Origin: Octopus sinensis
Lineage: Eukaryota
DNA length: 64,000 nucleotides
Assembly (NCBI RefSeq): GCF_006345805.1
Contig: NC_043017.1
Coordinates: forward strand, 13,578,001 to 13,642,000
Direction of reading: 5' to 3'
Shown: positions 1-14,156 of the stretch, piece after piece
Layout: every line of letters starts with the position of its first letter
Numbering within the stretch: the stretch's first letter is position 1
Notes under the pieces: generated by a model
What the model saw: only the letters and a program-made list of their open reading frames with translations
Told to the model about the DNA's origin: nothing
The model's database searches: none
Program-made: the position numbers and the translations under genes

Positions 1-158
1 AACATTCTGGGTCCTTTTACAGGGCTTAGAAAAACTGAAGGACTATTGCAATCAGTGTGTGAATCTGAGAGGGGAATATGCTGAATAAAGTCATAATTAA
101 CTGATCCTCCTTTATTTTCTTTTTGCCCAAAGCCAAGAACTTTTCAGCCCCACTCATA
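1..158 (+). mobile_element. Mariner-derived element, 3' end
   Basis: Degenerate mariner transposase C-terminus (GLEKL...QCVNLRGEYAE*) followed by a terminal repeat (agaacttttcagccccactcata) shared with the copies at 8487 and 11868. Confidence 0.65.
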
Positions 159-240
159 TGTGTGTGTGGGATTACATAGAGCTAGATACGTGACTCAAAA
201 TCCAAGTTTTGGGCATTGCACTTCTCAAATTTTACATGTA

Positions 241-631
241 TACTAAGAGTATCGCCCGGCGTTGCTCGGGTTTGTAAGGGAAATAACTATATAAGCATTT
301 GTAGAGATGTAAAGTATAATAGCCATCTCAATATGGCTAACTACAAAGTGGGGGGGGGGTTACTGTAGCTTTTTACGTTCTGAGATTTAATAATACATTT
401 TTAGAGAGTTACTTCCCTTATATAATAGCAAAAAAATGCATTAAAAATGGGGAAAAATGATGGTAAATTTTTTTTTAAATCGTAGACTCATGCTGATACC
501 CAGAAGGGCTCGATATGAATCACGACTGTAAGATACCCACTTTTGGTTACACTGCACTGCAAAATGTGGGAGTAGTTAGGAATCTAAATCGTAGGAGACA
601 GACACACAACTTCACTTTTATATATAAAGAT
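241..631 (+). mobile_element. Helentron/DINE-1-like non-autonomous element
   Basis: Starts actaagagtatcgcccggcgttgctcggg (subterminal hairpin) and ends cacacaacttcacttttatatataaagat. A near-identical inverted copy is at 12452-12821. Confidence 0.6.
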
Positions 632-1182
632 GTATTAAACTCAATCCCCACACGTGCATACATACTTCGTCAGATCATCCCTGTCTTCTTTGTTGCACAA
701 GAATGATGATAATAGTTTACTGAAGAAATTTTCTACAGCAAGAATGGAACCCGTTTCCTTCTTTTTATTTCTCTTTTTTTTTTTCTTTAAATATTATTTT
801 TTAATAATGTCAGCTAAATTGTTCCAAGCAGTTATGAATTAAGAATTTTACGTAAGGAAAAAGTCATCATAACATGAACCAAACAGAGTTATTTCCCTTG
901 CTCAGAAGCCCACCATAACGGAGAGATAGTGTTTGGGATAATGTAATTAACATAATCCCACAACCAACGAGAATGTAGGATTTAAGAGTTTTAAAAAATC
1001 AGTTTGAGAGGTCATGGCTGTATGGATAAGAAGTTCGCTACCCAATCACGTCATTTCAGATTCAGTCGCGCTTGAAGAATTATCTTGCTACTATAGCTTT
1101 TTGAGAGAATTTGGTAGATAGAAACTGAAAGAAGCTAGGCATATTCGTGTGTGTGTGTGTGTGTGTGTGTGCATATGTGTGC

Positions 1183-1277
<95 letters not shown>

Positions 1278-1610
1278 ATACACACACACACATATATATA
1301 TATATAATATATATATAGTGAGGACACATGGCCTAGCGGTTAGATGTTGATCTCAAGTATGTGAGATTGTGGTTTCAATTCCTAGACTGGATGGTGTGTT
1401 GTGTTCTTGAGCAGAACATTTCATCTCATTTTCTTCAGCTCTCACCTTGATACTGATGTGTGGTACACCGTGCACCTGTTCGGGCAATGTCTATTTGCTG
1501 GAGGGAGTGAGTCAATATGCACCACATACATTTGATCGCAATAAACAAATTCTTTGTGCAGGTCAGCACAAAATCTGAATACTCATACACCATCTTTGAT
1601 GGGAGAGTCC

Positions 1611-1644
<34 letters not shown>

Positions 1645-1759
1645 CAAGGGCTAAAGAAGGTTATTCTAAAGCGAATATACTGATAATCCACATTTAATCT
1701 ATTTGCTACAGAAAGTTGAACTGAAAATCGGGCAACTATACCTTTGGAACATTTAAATT

Positions 1760-1800
<41 letters not shown>

Positions 1801-2587
1801 AATTAGTATTTTGTTTGCAAAATTCAAGATGTGAACTCCTGGGTTGAAACAGCATTGTTGTATCTAGAGAAGGTCATAATGCTAACCACACACACTGATT
1901 CTATTTCACTTCTTTTTTTAGTTAACTAGTTAACATTTAACCAATTAATGAATAATCAATTAACTAATCAAACAGCCAATTAGTTAATTATTTGTTAAAT
2001 GGTGAACAAGTTGATTGATGATAAGGTTTTCTATTATAGGCATGAGGCCTGAAATTTTGGAGTAGTCAATTACAGTGACCCCCAAATGGATGAAAGGCAG
2101 AGGCAACTGAGCATTTTGCCTGGTGTGCTAATGATTTTGTCATCTCATTGCCTTTAGCTGATTAATAATAAGATGCAAAATAGAACCAGTGTGTGTATAT
2201 TACTGACATAAATATCTTTCCAAGGTACAACTGTCTGTCTGTCTGTTTCTCTCCCTCTCACGCGCACATATATGTCTGTGTGTACGTGTGTCTGTCTATG
2301 GTTGTTCACATTTATGCTCTTTGGAAGTTGCCAGCTACAAACAGTATCATTCTTTTCAACAGATTGTCCACTTACTTCCTGCTTTCAAAGATATCTGTAA
2401 TCAGAGATCCCTTAAGAAGACAGTTCAGGGTTAATGACAGTAAAACAATGACCCTGATACACTCATCTAACCCATGCTAGCATGAATAAACAGACATAAA
2501 ACAAATGAATCAACATTAGATGTAGAGGTGTCTGGAATAACCCAATAGCCTGGTAAAACATTAAGGCTCAACTGGTTTAGTACCTAC

Positions 2588-2821
2588 CGATGCATCGATT
2601 GCTTCTTTGGTTTGCGCTATGCCCATTGCTATTTGGTCTCTTAATCTTCGAAATTCGTGAAAATCTGCAAATTCAGATGGAGATTCCAAACTTTGGCAGT
2701 ATTTGTCAGATAGATCTTGTCTGGGTAATTGGTATATCAGTTGCAAGTCTCGATAACGTTCTCCTTGAGCAGAAATCCGAGGTACTTTGTGATTCGGTAG
2801 CTGGTCCATATATTCTGAAAT
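2588..2821 (-). CDS. Lmpt: Coding exon of a PET-LIM protein (Limpet/LIMPETin-like, Prickle/Testin family): C-terminal part of the PET domain
   Basis: Acceptor ttttcag|ATT at 2821 and donor TCG|gtaggt at 2588; 234 nt, phase 0/0. Encodes ISEYMDQLPNHKVPRISAQGERYRDLQLIYQLPRQDLSDKYC...EFRRLRDQIAMGIA. The KVP..GERYRD.QL.YQLPxQD motif resembles Limpet-type PET domains more than the QLPPHD of Prickle or QLPAHD of Testin, as recalled. The symbol is tentative. Confidence 0.9.
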
Positions 2822-5069
2822 CTGAAAAGAAATATTTTGGAAAATTTAGAATGGCAGGCTTAAATGTAGAATATATTTTCTATATTAATTAATTTAATAT
2901 ATACTTGAATGCAATATGATGTATGTAATATATAATATGGAACATATGTAATAGAAAATGTAAGATGTAATATAAATATGATTTCATAATATTATTTAAT
3001 ATAATGTTATAATATGTAATATATATGTAATATAATGTATGCAATATAATTTAATATATACTCGTATGTGTGTGTTCTTTTTATTATTTTACTTGTTTCA
3101 CTCATTTGACAATGGCCATACTGGAGCACTGACTTTAGTTGAACAATATATATATATGTATACATATATAACTATACAACAAGCTGCTTTCAGTTTCCGT
3201 CTACCAAATCCACTCACAAGGTTTTGGTCGCTCCAAGACTATTGTAGAAGACATTCGTCCAAGGTGCCATGCAGTGGGACTGAACCTGGAACCTTATAGT
3301 TGGGAAGCGAACTTCTTACCATGTGTTTTTGCGCTCTTTCTTCTTGACATTACATAATAGTTGTAAAGCATCATTCAAGTGATGTCCTTTCTTCCCAATC
3401 ATCCACAAAAACATATCTTGTCATGGGAAAATATTATCCAGCTTAAAAACAAGTGAAGGTTGGCAACAGGAAGGGTATCCAGCTGTAGAAAATCTGCCTC
3501 AGCAATTTATATTTGATCGATGAAGACACAGAAAGGTGGACATTAAAATGATGATGATAGAATAGGGACCTCACTACAATAATGATTTCTTGTATGATAA
3601 AAAAAAGATGAAATTGTCAACAACAAAAAAAGGATAATTTTTTGGAAATTGTATTTAAATAATGAAGCAAGTTTTTAAGTTCATCATCTGTTTTAATTAT
3701 AGTATTTTCCCTTTCAGTGGTAGAATTATCATACCAATTGCTATCACAATTTGGTCCGTTGAGACCAGAGAACTATCAACCACTGTGTTGCAAGCATTTC
3801 AAGAAAAGTCTCTGGCTTCATTTGAGCTCATATTTTTTTCCTTGCAGACGTCAACTGGCATGGGATCATGTAGAGAGGTCATGCAAAGGCAATGACCTCT
3901 GTGCATCCACCTTTTATTTATAAAAGGAGTGCAGTATATATGTATTGTATTATATCGTAAACCAGATTCCCAATTGTGTAGCAATTGGTTATCTCCCTTT
4001 AGTAATTTCTGTTGATAAAGCATTTTTGGAAGCTGGTAAGGGTACCAAGCTGGCAGAATTGTTAGCACATAGGTCAGAATGCTTAGTTGCATTTCTTCCG
4101 GCTCTTCATGTCTTGAGTTCAAATCCTACCAAAGTCAACTTTGCCTTTCATTTTCTTTGGGGTTGATAAAATGAAGTATCAGGATAAAATGCTTGCTGGC
4201 GTTTCTTCTGGCTCTTTATGTCCCGAGTTCAAATTCTACTGAAGCCAACTCTGCCCTTCATGCTTTTGAGGTTGCTAAAACAAAGTACCAGTCAAGTACT
4301 GGCAACGTAGTAATCCATCTCTCAAAATCGTTAGCTTTGTGCCAAAATTGTAAAGAATTATTGAGCTGCCAAAAAGGGAGTCAAACAAAATACTTTGCAA
4401 AATTTCACTCTAGTTCTTTATGTTCTGAGTTCAAATCCTGCTGATTCAGCTTAGCCTTTCAGCCTTAATAAAATAAAGTACCAGACAAGTACTGAAACAG
4501 ATGATACCAACAAACCTTTCTCTTCCCAAAACTGCTGGTTTTGTCCCTAAATTAGAAATATTTGTTTGATAGATGATGAGAACAATGGATGAAATAAATG
4601 GTAAAACAAACCATTAAGTACTTTGCAGTAATTAATTAGACATCTTTATATTCTGAGTTCAAATCCTACCAGGTTCAACTTTACCTTTTATCATTCTGAG
4701 GTCGATAAAAGAAGTATAAGTTAATGTTTAACCCCACCAGGTCAATCTTAACTGAAAAGACGTCTGTGTGACCAAAGATGCTCTCGCCTTACAAGAATTA
4801 CATATCTAAGAACTACATTCTCCGGTATGTTACTCCTGTTTGAAGAAGGTGAGCTTCTTTTAGCAAGACAAGGAACCTTTTAGAGTCTTGGTTCTCAATC
4901 TGGCTCTGTAATTCATTGCAGATCAAACAAAGCAAAAACAAATTTAAAAAAAAAAACGAAGTGCTGATAAAATATAAAAAAGTAATACAGCATCCATGAC
5001 TTTGGAAACAGTTTTTCACATTTAGAATTGTCAAAGCATGGAATAAGTACCCACATCAGTTGTTAGCTG

Positions 5070-5412
5070 TCAGGACCCGTGGACATGTTTACAAAGTCAG
5101 AAAACAACACAGCTCCCATGACTTTCGGAAACATTTTTTCATGCTGAGAGTTGCTGAAGTATGGAACAAACTGCCAGCATCAGTTGTTAGTTGTCAGAGC
5201 ACTGCATCCTTCAAAACTTCCATGCTTCCTGAGATTCGCCAACACTACACCTGATTTTCTCCCCTCCATACACACGCAAGCATGTATCTGACTCATACAC
5301 TGTTCACTTTCCAGACATTTGTACATTACTGCACATGCTTTATACGCACTTTTGACAAGTTGTGGTACACCTGGGCACTGTATACAATAATTTCATTATT
5401 ATTATTATTATT
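5070..5412 (+). mobile_element. CR1-group LINE extreme 3' fragment
   Basis: RTRGHVYKV...RKHFFMLRVAEVWNKLP, followed by the same UTR as 13177-13500 and an (ATT)n tail. Confidence 0.85.
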
Positions 5413-6642
5413 AGGACATGGCATCCTTCAAAGATTCCACACTTCCCAAAATTCACTAACACTAGTCTTGACATACCTATGCACCCTTCCCTCTTTATGG
5501 TTCTTTTAATATTCACTTTTCTGTCCATGTACTTATAATTTTCATTGCTGTTTTCCTTTACTTAAATTATGGTTGCATTCTGTCCCCTCTTTTAATCTTT
5601 CCCAATGAGCTGTAGCGTATCTGAGAACTGTATACAGAAACTCATTATTATTGTTTTTCTTCAGTGCTAAGGTAATTACTGAGTATGGTTTTTTTTTTAT
5701 GTTTGTCTGGGTTATGTTGGAGAGATTGTGTTTTTTAACGAATTCAGGGATTGCAGTGGGAAAATTGGGAATAAAAGGCACTTGTATAGGGACAACCATT
5801 GCTCATATTATGGTTGGATGACTTAACTATTGTTTCATACAGAAGGTGTCACTGAATTATTATCTTCTGATCAATTCTGTTTGCTAGTAGTCAGATGCCA
5901 TAGAACAAGTAGAGTTATGTACCTTGCTCAAGATGGGCAATATGTCAGAGAATAGATTGGTTCCATAATTCCACAAGAATCCTATCACATTTTCTCTTAA
6001 CTCCAGTTGCTCAACACTGATGAAGAAACCTCTATGTGATGACTTGATCTGGTAGAACTAGCAGCCAAATCTCCTTGCTTGCTTCATGCTCTTGCTTGAT
6101 GGGGCCGAGGTCATCCCACATTAGTGGTCCCACAGGTGTCATCATGCATAGAGCCAACCAGGCCCAGCCGTGCTCCCAATTGCTGGTGGTCCCATGCCAA
6201 ACTCTCTGTATCCTCCAACATGACGTTGAGCCTCTGGAGATCTTCCTTAATCCTGTCCAGCCTTCAAGTGTGAGGCCTGCAATGGGACCTCTTCCAAATC
6301 TCTCTCAAATCACAAATTACCATCTTAATCTAAATGTAGGAGGGGTGCCATTAGTGACCTCTGTAATATCTTTGACCTCAGGTTTGATGTATCAGGGATG
6401 CAACATTAGCAAGATCAACGATGATGGGGGAAGACACCAGAAAAGATACCTTCGGTCAAGTCTTATGTAACAATAGCTTCTATATAGTCTGTTATATGTA
6501 ACCATATCTTCTATGTAGAGTATATACATAACATTACTTACTTTTTATATGGCCTCTTTTATGTAACAGTATCTTAGAGTATTATTTAACAATATCATCT
6601 TTATATGTAACCGTATCTTCTATATAGAGTACTATATGTAAA

Positions 6643-7027
6643 GTGGAGGCGCAATGGCCCAGTGGTTAGGGCAGCGGACTCGCGGTCATAGGATCGCGGT
6701 TTCGATTCCCAGACCGGGCGTTGTGAGTGTTTATTGAGCGAAAACACCTAAAAGCTCCACGAGGCTCCGGCAGGGGATGGTGGTGATCCCTGCTGTACTC
6801 TTTCACCACAACTTTCTCTCACTCTTACTTCCTCTTTCTGTTGTACCTGTATTTCAAAGGGCCGGCCTTGTCACTCTCTGTGTCACGCTGAATATCCCCG
6901 AGAACTACGTTAAGGGTACACGTGTCTGTGGAGTGCTCAGCCACTTACACGTTAATTTCACGAGCAGGCTGTTCCGTTGATTTGGATCAACCAGAACCCT
7001 CGTCGTCGTAACCGACAGAGTGCTTCC
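6643..7027 (+). mobile_element. tRNA-derived SINE, family C (young, full length)
   Basis: A box tggcccagtggttagg and B box ggtttcgattccc; target-site duplication actatatgtaa at 6631-41 and 7028-38. Confidence 0.9.
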
Positions 7028-8069
7028 ACTATATGTAATAGTATGTTCTACATAGCAGTGATTTAGCAGAAGCCCATAAGATTATTCACCATCATTCCAG
7101 TAACAACTTTGGTCGCCTTTTTGAATTCAATACCTCTACAACCCTTGGACATTCTTATACAATTAGAAAACAGCATATCACCATGACTTTTATCAACAAC
7201 AAAGAATGGCTTTTTTTTTCTTGTACATCTAAACTCAACAGTTAGGAATGGTATTTCTGTAACTAATGGTATTTGCATATCTTCAGGAAGAACACATTAG
7301 ATTGTAGTGTATTCCTAAAGACAATATTTCAGAATAAAAGTAGGGATGGTCGTGGATAAAACATCTTTGATCACAGCTCTGAAGGGCAGGGCTGACTCAG
7401 AACTAAATCCACTGCCACCACCACCACCAACAACAACATCCATTCTGGTTCCTTAAGCCCTTGAACTTCCTTTATTAGACTACATGGCTTTCTGGAACCA
7501 AATCTTAAAAAAATAAACATTCCCTCTTTTACTAAATTCTGTCTTTCCTATAATCCTGTTCCTTTTCTCATTGGCTGCCATTTTACCAATAATTCCACCA
7601 GCATCCAACTCCACCCCACCCGGCACCTCATCTATACTGATGTTGTAGATTAGTCATCAGTCATTGATTTTTGTGGCTATGACTAAACACATCTCGTTTC
7701 CATTCAGAAATGCAAACACACACACACACACATGCACATGCACACACACGCATGAACACACACACACACCACGCGTGCACGCACGCACACACGCGAATCA
7801 TCATCATCACCATCATCACCACCACCTCTGCTATTACCATCATCATCATCATCACTGCTGCAAACACAAGTGATACTCCAAATGAGCAGACAACCTCAAC
7901 AGCTACACACACACATCCTCCTCCTCCTCCTCATCATCATCATCATTTAACATCTGTAGTCCATGCTGGTATGGGTTGGACAGTTTAACAGAATCTGACA
8001 AGACAGAGAACTTCACTGAGCTCCTGTGTCTGCTTTAACATGATTTCTCTATGCTTGGATGACTTTCAA

Positions 8070-8309
8070 ACCTATTTACCTATTTCTTTACTACCCACAA
8101 GGGGCTAAACACAGAGAGGACAAACAAGGACAAACGGATTAAGTCGATTATATCGACCCCAGTGCGTAACTGGTACTTATTTAATCGACCCCGAAAGGAT
8201 GAAAGGCAAAGTCAACCTCGGCGGAATTTGAACTCAGAACGTAACGGCAGACGAAATACAGATACGCATTTCGCCCGGCGTGCTAACGTTTCTGCCAGCT
8301 CGCCGCCTT
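8070..8309 (-). mobile_element. SINE family B (central gactttgcctttcatcctttcggggtcga domain)
   Basis: Near-identical to 15130-15360 and 41821-42040 in reverse orientation. Confidence 0.8.
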
Positions 8310-8486
8310 TATTTATATACAGAGGGTATTTACCTTTTACTTGTTAGACCGTGGTCATGCTGGGGTACCACCTTGAAGAATCTTAGTCGAATGAATCAAC
8401 CCCAGGACGTATATTTATTAGGTACATAGATACACCAACACCAGTCAAGCAGTGGTGGGGGACAAACCAAGACACACACATACTAT

Positions 8487-8684
8487 ATAAAGGGGGTACT
8501 GAAAAGTTCCTGGCTTCAAGGGTCCAACCTTCCAAGTTCTTTTACAGGGCTTCGAAAAACTGGAGGACCACTGCAACACCTGTGTGAATCTGAGAGGAAA
8601 AAAAATGTTGAATAAAATTATAATTAACTGATCCTCCTGTATTTTCTTTCACTGACAGCCAGAACTTTCCAGCAGCCCCTCATG
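8487..8684 (+). mobile_element. Mariner-derived MITE
   Basis: Ends agggggtactgaaaagttcctggct and agccagaactttccagcagcccct are imperfect TIRs; the interior matches 1-158. Confidence 0.65.
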
Positions 8685-10447
8685 TGTATATATTTCGTTT
8701 TGGCATTTGTTTTGCAAGATTCTTTGTATGAATTCGTGTGTTGAAGCCTATTCTATGGTGTCTGGGGTGAGTCATTTTCTTTTTGTGCCTTATTATTTAA
8801 CACTTACCAGTTCAATTTCCTCTAATTTAGTTGTCTATTTTTTCTAAAATTTTACAAAAAATAAGTAACTAAATGAGTGAATATCAAACTGGTGATAAGG
8901 CACTAAAAGAGAATGACTCTCCCCAGACACAAAAACATATATATATACTATATAGAGGGCATTACTATACATAAATGCCACATGCTAGAATTTTGCTGCA
9001 GATCACCATTATTTCATAATTAGTGCAGTAATGCACTTTTTAATCATCAGTGCAAGCATAATTCAAGATTTGTAATAAGTGAACAAAATCAACATACCAG
9101 ACGAACAACCAATGTATCCAATGTATGTATGTATATAATGAGCTTCAAGTTTCCACCTACCAAATCTCCTTGTAAGGTTTTGGTCAGCCCAAGGATATAG
9201 TAGAAGACACTTGTCCAAGAATCCAGAACCATGAGGTTGAGAAGCAAACTTCCTACCACATAGCTATGCCTTTCAACTGGGTGCTTTTATTTCGTGGCCC
9301 CAGAAACACCGCCAGATCTGACTGGCCTGGTGCAGCCTTCGGGCTTTCCAGACCCCAGTTGAACCGTCCAACCCATGCCAGCATGGAAAGCGGACGTTAA
9401 ACGATGATGATGATGATGAAAACTAGAGAGGTTGCCATATAATTTGCAAGACTAAAGCATCTCCTTGACTGAGTAGAAGTAAAACACACACATGTGTACG
9501 CATGTGTGATAAAACTCCACTCAAAATTCATACCAGCCACCTCAGGTACTTGCCAAAGAGCGTCCTCAGATGGAGCATGACAGATTGGCTGATTAATGTG
9601 AGACTGATATGATATTCAGGTCACTTAACTCTTTTGTTACTCTATTTATTTTGAGATGCTCTGTTTCTTTCAATTACTTTAAATATAACAAAGAACTTAG
9701 TAAAATAACTTAGTTATCATTAAGCTAGTGTTAGGAACATAAATTGTGACTAAGGTTTGGTGGAAGATTTTAATTCAGAACTTATGAAAACAAGACATTT
9801 GTACTACAGAGCCAGAGCTGGTTTTAGCCAGGTTGGTAACGAAAGGGTTAAGGAGTGAGTGGGCAACAGCTGTAGTGGGCATGCATCATACTGTCTTACT
9901 TGCCCATGAAGACATGTGGAATAAGAGACCCTTTACTTGGAAAACAGTGAAGGGTTAATGATATGAAGAGCACCCAGCTATAAAACACTACCTCAAAAAT
10001 ATATTCATCCAGCTCATGGTAGCAGGAAAAATTAATGTAAAAAAAAAAAACACCCATATATCGATTTCAAATTTTGGCCCAAGGACAGCATTTTGGTGGG
10101 TGGGGGCACAAGTTGACTACATCAACCCCAGTGATCGACTGGTACTTGTACTTATTTTATCGACCCCAAAAGGATCGATAAAGGCAAATTCGAACTCAGA
10201 AGAATTTCAACTCATGGAGTGGTTGGCATTAGGAAGGGCATCCAGCCGTAGAAACATTGCCAGATCAGACTGGGCCTGGTGCAGCCTTCTGGCTTCCCAG
10301 ACCCCAGTTTCACTGTCCAACCCATGCCAGCATGGAAAGCGGACGCTAAACGATGATGATGATGATGATTATAAAGATTGATGAAATGCCACAAAGTATT
10401 TTGTTCAGTCTGATAACAATTCTGCCAACTCACCAGCTGAACAAACA

Positions 10448-10540
<93 letters not shown>

Positions 10541-10898
10541 TGTGTACATTTCTTTGAAGGCCTATATCCATATATGCATGTATATATACATATATATGTA
10601 GGTATGTACATATATGTATGTACATATGTATATATTTATTTAATTTTATGATCGAACGCTATGCATCCATTTCCAAGTAAGTTATATATATGCATATAGA
10701 TATTTACATATATACATAGGCACAGTTGTGGCTATGTGGTAAGAAGCTTACTTCCCAACCATATAGTTCCGGGTCCAGTCCCACCGTGTGGCACTTTGGG
10801 CAAATGTCTTCTATTATAGCCTTGGGTTGACCAAAGCCTTGTGAGTGGATCTGGTAGATGGAAGCTTAAACAAGCCTGTCTCATACACACACACACAC

Positions 10899-10934
<36 letters not shown>

Positions 10935-11867
10935 ATATATATATGCATGTATGTCTTTGTGTCTATGTGACCACCACCACCACTGCTTGACAACTGGTGT
11001 TGGTTGTTTACAACCCTGTAACTTAGCAGTTCAGCAAAAGAGACTGATAGAATAAACACTAGGCTTTAAAAAAAAAACTAAACTAAAACTGTTCTGGAGT
11101 CGATTTGATTGACTAAAACCCTTGAAGGCAATGCCCCAGCATGGCCACAGTCAAATCATTGAAACCAAAAAAAAGGTAACAAATAAAAGATGCTTATACA
11201 TGCATTAATCTGATTATCAGTTTTACCGATAATAGGTGACTAGTTAATAATAGTGGAGTGATTGCTACAATATATAAATCAAAGGGGGAGGGTAGGAAAT
11301 TCATTTACCCTAACATTCTCTTCATTTCTACACAGATCCACCCTTTTTGATGGATATCTGCCAGCAGACATTCATTGAAAAATAATACCCTCTCTCTCTC
11401 TTGATCTATACCGCTATCAGAAAAGGAGTTCTTTCCCCCATACTAAACACCATCACACCTCAACCTAACTGCTATCACTTAATGCAGACTGTCGACATGA
11501 TTGGTTAGCCAGCCATTATAGTCCAATTAGCAAAGAAAAATTACATTCATAATAAACAACCACAACCCCCCTCCACACAACTAGCTACTCTCCTTCTCTT
11601 TCTACCCAGGTATTCAGACATATCTCTACCCCTATTTCCATTTATTTCCTCTCAACATGTCCCTTCCTTTTCTAATAAATCATATTACAAGATATTTCCT
11701 TTCACTTCCTGCAAACAATCTAAACCAGAAATATGTATGGCACCAACAGCTACAGAGTTATTGTGTTAATTCCTTCACAAGAATCTATTGGAATATGAAT
11801 AAACTGTTCTGTTCTGTCTGTCCAGAGCCCTAGGACTCATTAGGCCACTTACCTGGTTTCCAAGGTG

Positions 11868-12261
11868 TACGAGGGGGTTCTGAAAAATTCCTGGCTTCAA
11901 TGGTATCGTGAAAAGCTTGGCTGGAGACCCAACCTTCTGAGTTCTTTTACAGGACTGCTGATTAATGAAATGCCAGCTGTTTGCCAGCCCCATCTGGCAC
12001 CTGTGCGGGTGGCACGTAAAAAGCACCCACTACACTCACGGAGTGGTTGGCGTTAGGAAGGGCATCCAGCCGTAGAAACATTGCCAGATAAGACTGGAGC
12101 CTGGTGCAGCCTTCTGGCTTCCCAGACCCCAGAAGAACTGCTGAAGGACTGCTGCAATAAGTGTGTGAATCTGAGAGGGGATTATGTTGAATAAAACAAC
12201 CAGCTGATCCTCCTGTATTTTCTTTTACCCAAAACAAGGAACTTTTCAGCACCCCTTCGTA
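11868..12261 (+). mobile_element. Mariner-derived MITE with a nested RTE-tail SINE fragment
   Basis: TA-cgagggggttctgaaaaattcct ... aggaacttttcagcaccccttcg-TA. Interrupted at ~11960-12130 by the ggagtggttggcgttaggaagggcatccagc repeat. Confidence 0.7.
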
Positions 12262-12451
12262 TAAGAGACCGAAATTGAAACATTCACCAGCAACTAGGAT
12301 GCCAGTCCATCACAGATTTATTCTTTTATGGCTGAGTGGGATGGCGTAGTATTAAATGAAATGTTTAGCCCAAGAACGCAACACACTGCCCAATCCAAGA
12401 ATTGAAACCACAGTCTGACAAGAATATATTGTAATATATTGTAGTATGAAT

Positions 12452-12821
12452 ATCTTTATATATAAAAGTGAAGTTGTGTGTCTGTCTCCTACAATTTAGA
12501 TTCCTAACTACTCCCACATTTTGCGGTGCAGTGTAACCAAAAGCAGGTATCTTATAGTCGTGATTCATTGAGCCCTTCTGGGTATTAGCGCGCGTCTACG
12601 ATGAGTCTACGATTTAAAAAAAAATTTACCATCATTTTTTCCCATTTTTAATGCATTTTTTTGCTATTATATAAGGGAGGTAACTCTCTAAAAATGTATT
12701 ATTAAATCTCAGAACATAAAAAACTACAGTAACACCCCCCTTTGTGGTTAGCCATCTCTAAAAATGCTTATATAGTTATTTCCCTTACAAACCCGAGCAA
12801 CGCTGGGCGATACTGCTAGTA
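12452..12821 (-). mobile_element. Helentron/DINE-1-like non-autonomous element (inverted copy of 241-631)
   Basis: High identity to the reverse complement of 241-631; ends cccgagcaacgctgggcgatactgctagt. Confidence 0.6.
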
Positions 12822-13176
12822 TAATATATAATAGTGGAAGCACATGACTAAGTGGTGAGGGTATTTGACTCCTGATCATAAGGTCATCAGTTTGATTGTG
12901 TCCTTGAGCAAGACACTTTATTTCGTGTGGTTCCAGTCCACTCAGTTGGCAAAAATGTATAGTACCTGTATTTCAAAGGGCCAGCCTTGTCACATTCTGT
13001 GTCACACCAGATCTCCCTGAGAACTGCATTAAGTGCATGCATGTCTGTGGAGTACTCAGCCACTTGCATGGTAATTTCACAAGAATGCTGTTCCATTGAT
13101 TGAATCTACTGGAACACTCGTCATCATAACAGATAGAGTGTCAGTTTCACATTGTAATACCTTCATAGGAATTTAA

Positions 13177-13850
13177 AATAATAATAATGAAATTATTGTA
13201 TACAGTGCTCAGGTGCACCACAACTTGTCAAAAGTGCATATAAAGCATATGCAGTAATGTACAAATGTCTGGAAAGTGAACAGTGTATGAGTCAGATACA
13301 TGCTTGCGTGTGTATGGAGGGGAGAAAATCAGGTGTAGTGTTGGCGAATCTCAGGAAGCATGGAAGTTTTGAAGGATGCAGTGCTCCGACAACTAACAAC
13401 TGATGCCGGCAGTTTGTTCCATATTTCAGCAACTCTTAGCATGAAAAAATGTTTCTTGAAGTCATGGGAGCTGTGCTGTTTTCTGACTTTGTAAACATGT
13501 TAGACAGGTGGAGTTTGAAAAGGTGCTCAGAGTTATTGTTGGTAAGATGGTTAATAATTTTATGGGTGTCTGCCAAGTCAGCTGCCAGACATCGGAGTTT
13601 CAATGTGTCCATGCCCAGGGAAGTAAGGCGTTCAAAATATGGCAAATGCCTGATGGAGGGTATTCTCTTGGTTGCACGTTGTTGAACACTTTCCAGACGA
13701 TTAATATCCTGGGCAAGATAGGGGTTCCAGACCGGTGATGCAAATTCCAGGTAAGGTCGAACCATAGCTATATAAAGCCTCAGATAGATAGCCGGAGAGC
13801 GGCTCACAAAGGAGTTGGTAAGTGATGCCAAGACACCCTCAGTCTTCTTG
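13177..13850 (-). mobile_element. CR1/L2-group LINE 3' fragment (decayed ORF2 C-terminus, 3' UTR and (ATT)n tail)
   Basis: LYIAMVRPYLEFASPVWNPY...INRLESVQQRATKRIP...LPYFERL is typical of the CR1-group ORF2 C-terminus. A shorter copy is at 5070-5412(+). Confidence 0.85.
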
Positions 13851-13954
13851 GCAATTTATTGTAATATGCAGCAACAACAACTAAACAATCGTTCTGTTCA
13901 TTCCTTCACAAGAAATAACACAGAACTCATAACTCACAGAACAAAAAATCCTAT

Positions 13955-14114
13955 CCCAGGCATGGCTGTGTAGTAAGAAGCCTGCTTCCCAACCACATAG
14001 TTCTGGGTTCAATACCACTGCATGGCACCTTGGGCAAGTGTCTTCTATTATAGCCTTGGGCCGGCCAAAGCCTTGAGTGTGGATTTGGTAGGCAGAAGCT
14101 GAAAGAAGTCCATA

Positions 14115-14156
<42 letters not shown>

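Noticed and set aside
2561-2587. ORF-track extensions beyond the exon boundaries (VGTKPVEP*; MSTATTDK... upstream of 16780)
   Set aside because: They lie beyond canonical splice sites and are intronic read-through.
6075-6470. 131-aa plus-strand ORF
   Set aside because: No recognisable domain or splice context; more likely decayed retroelement sequence.
6643-6720. tRNA-like sequences with A and B boxes (also at 14464, 51327, 63439 and family A heads)
   Set aside because: They are heads of multi-copy SINEs, several with target-site duplications, not tRNA genes.
6777-6980. Recurring ORFs such as MVVIPAVLFHHNF... and ...RQASFSFRLPNPLTR...
   Set aside because: They recur only because they lie inside SINE families C and A; there is no protein-family signal.
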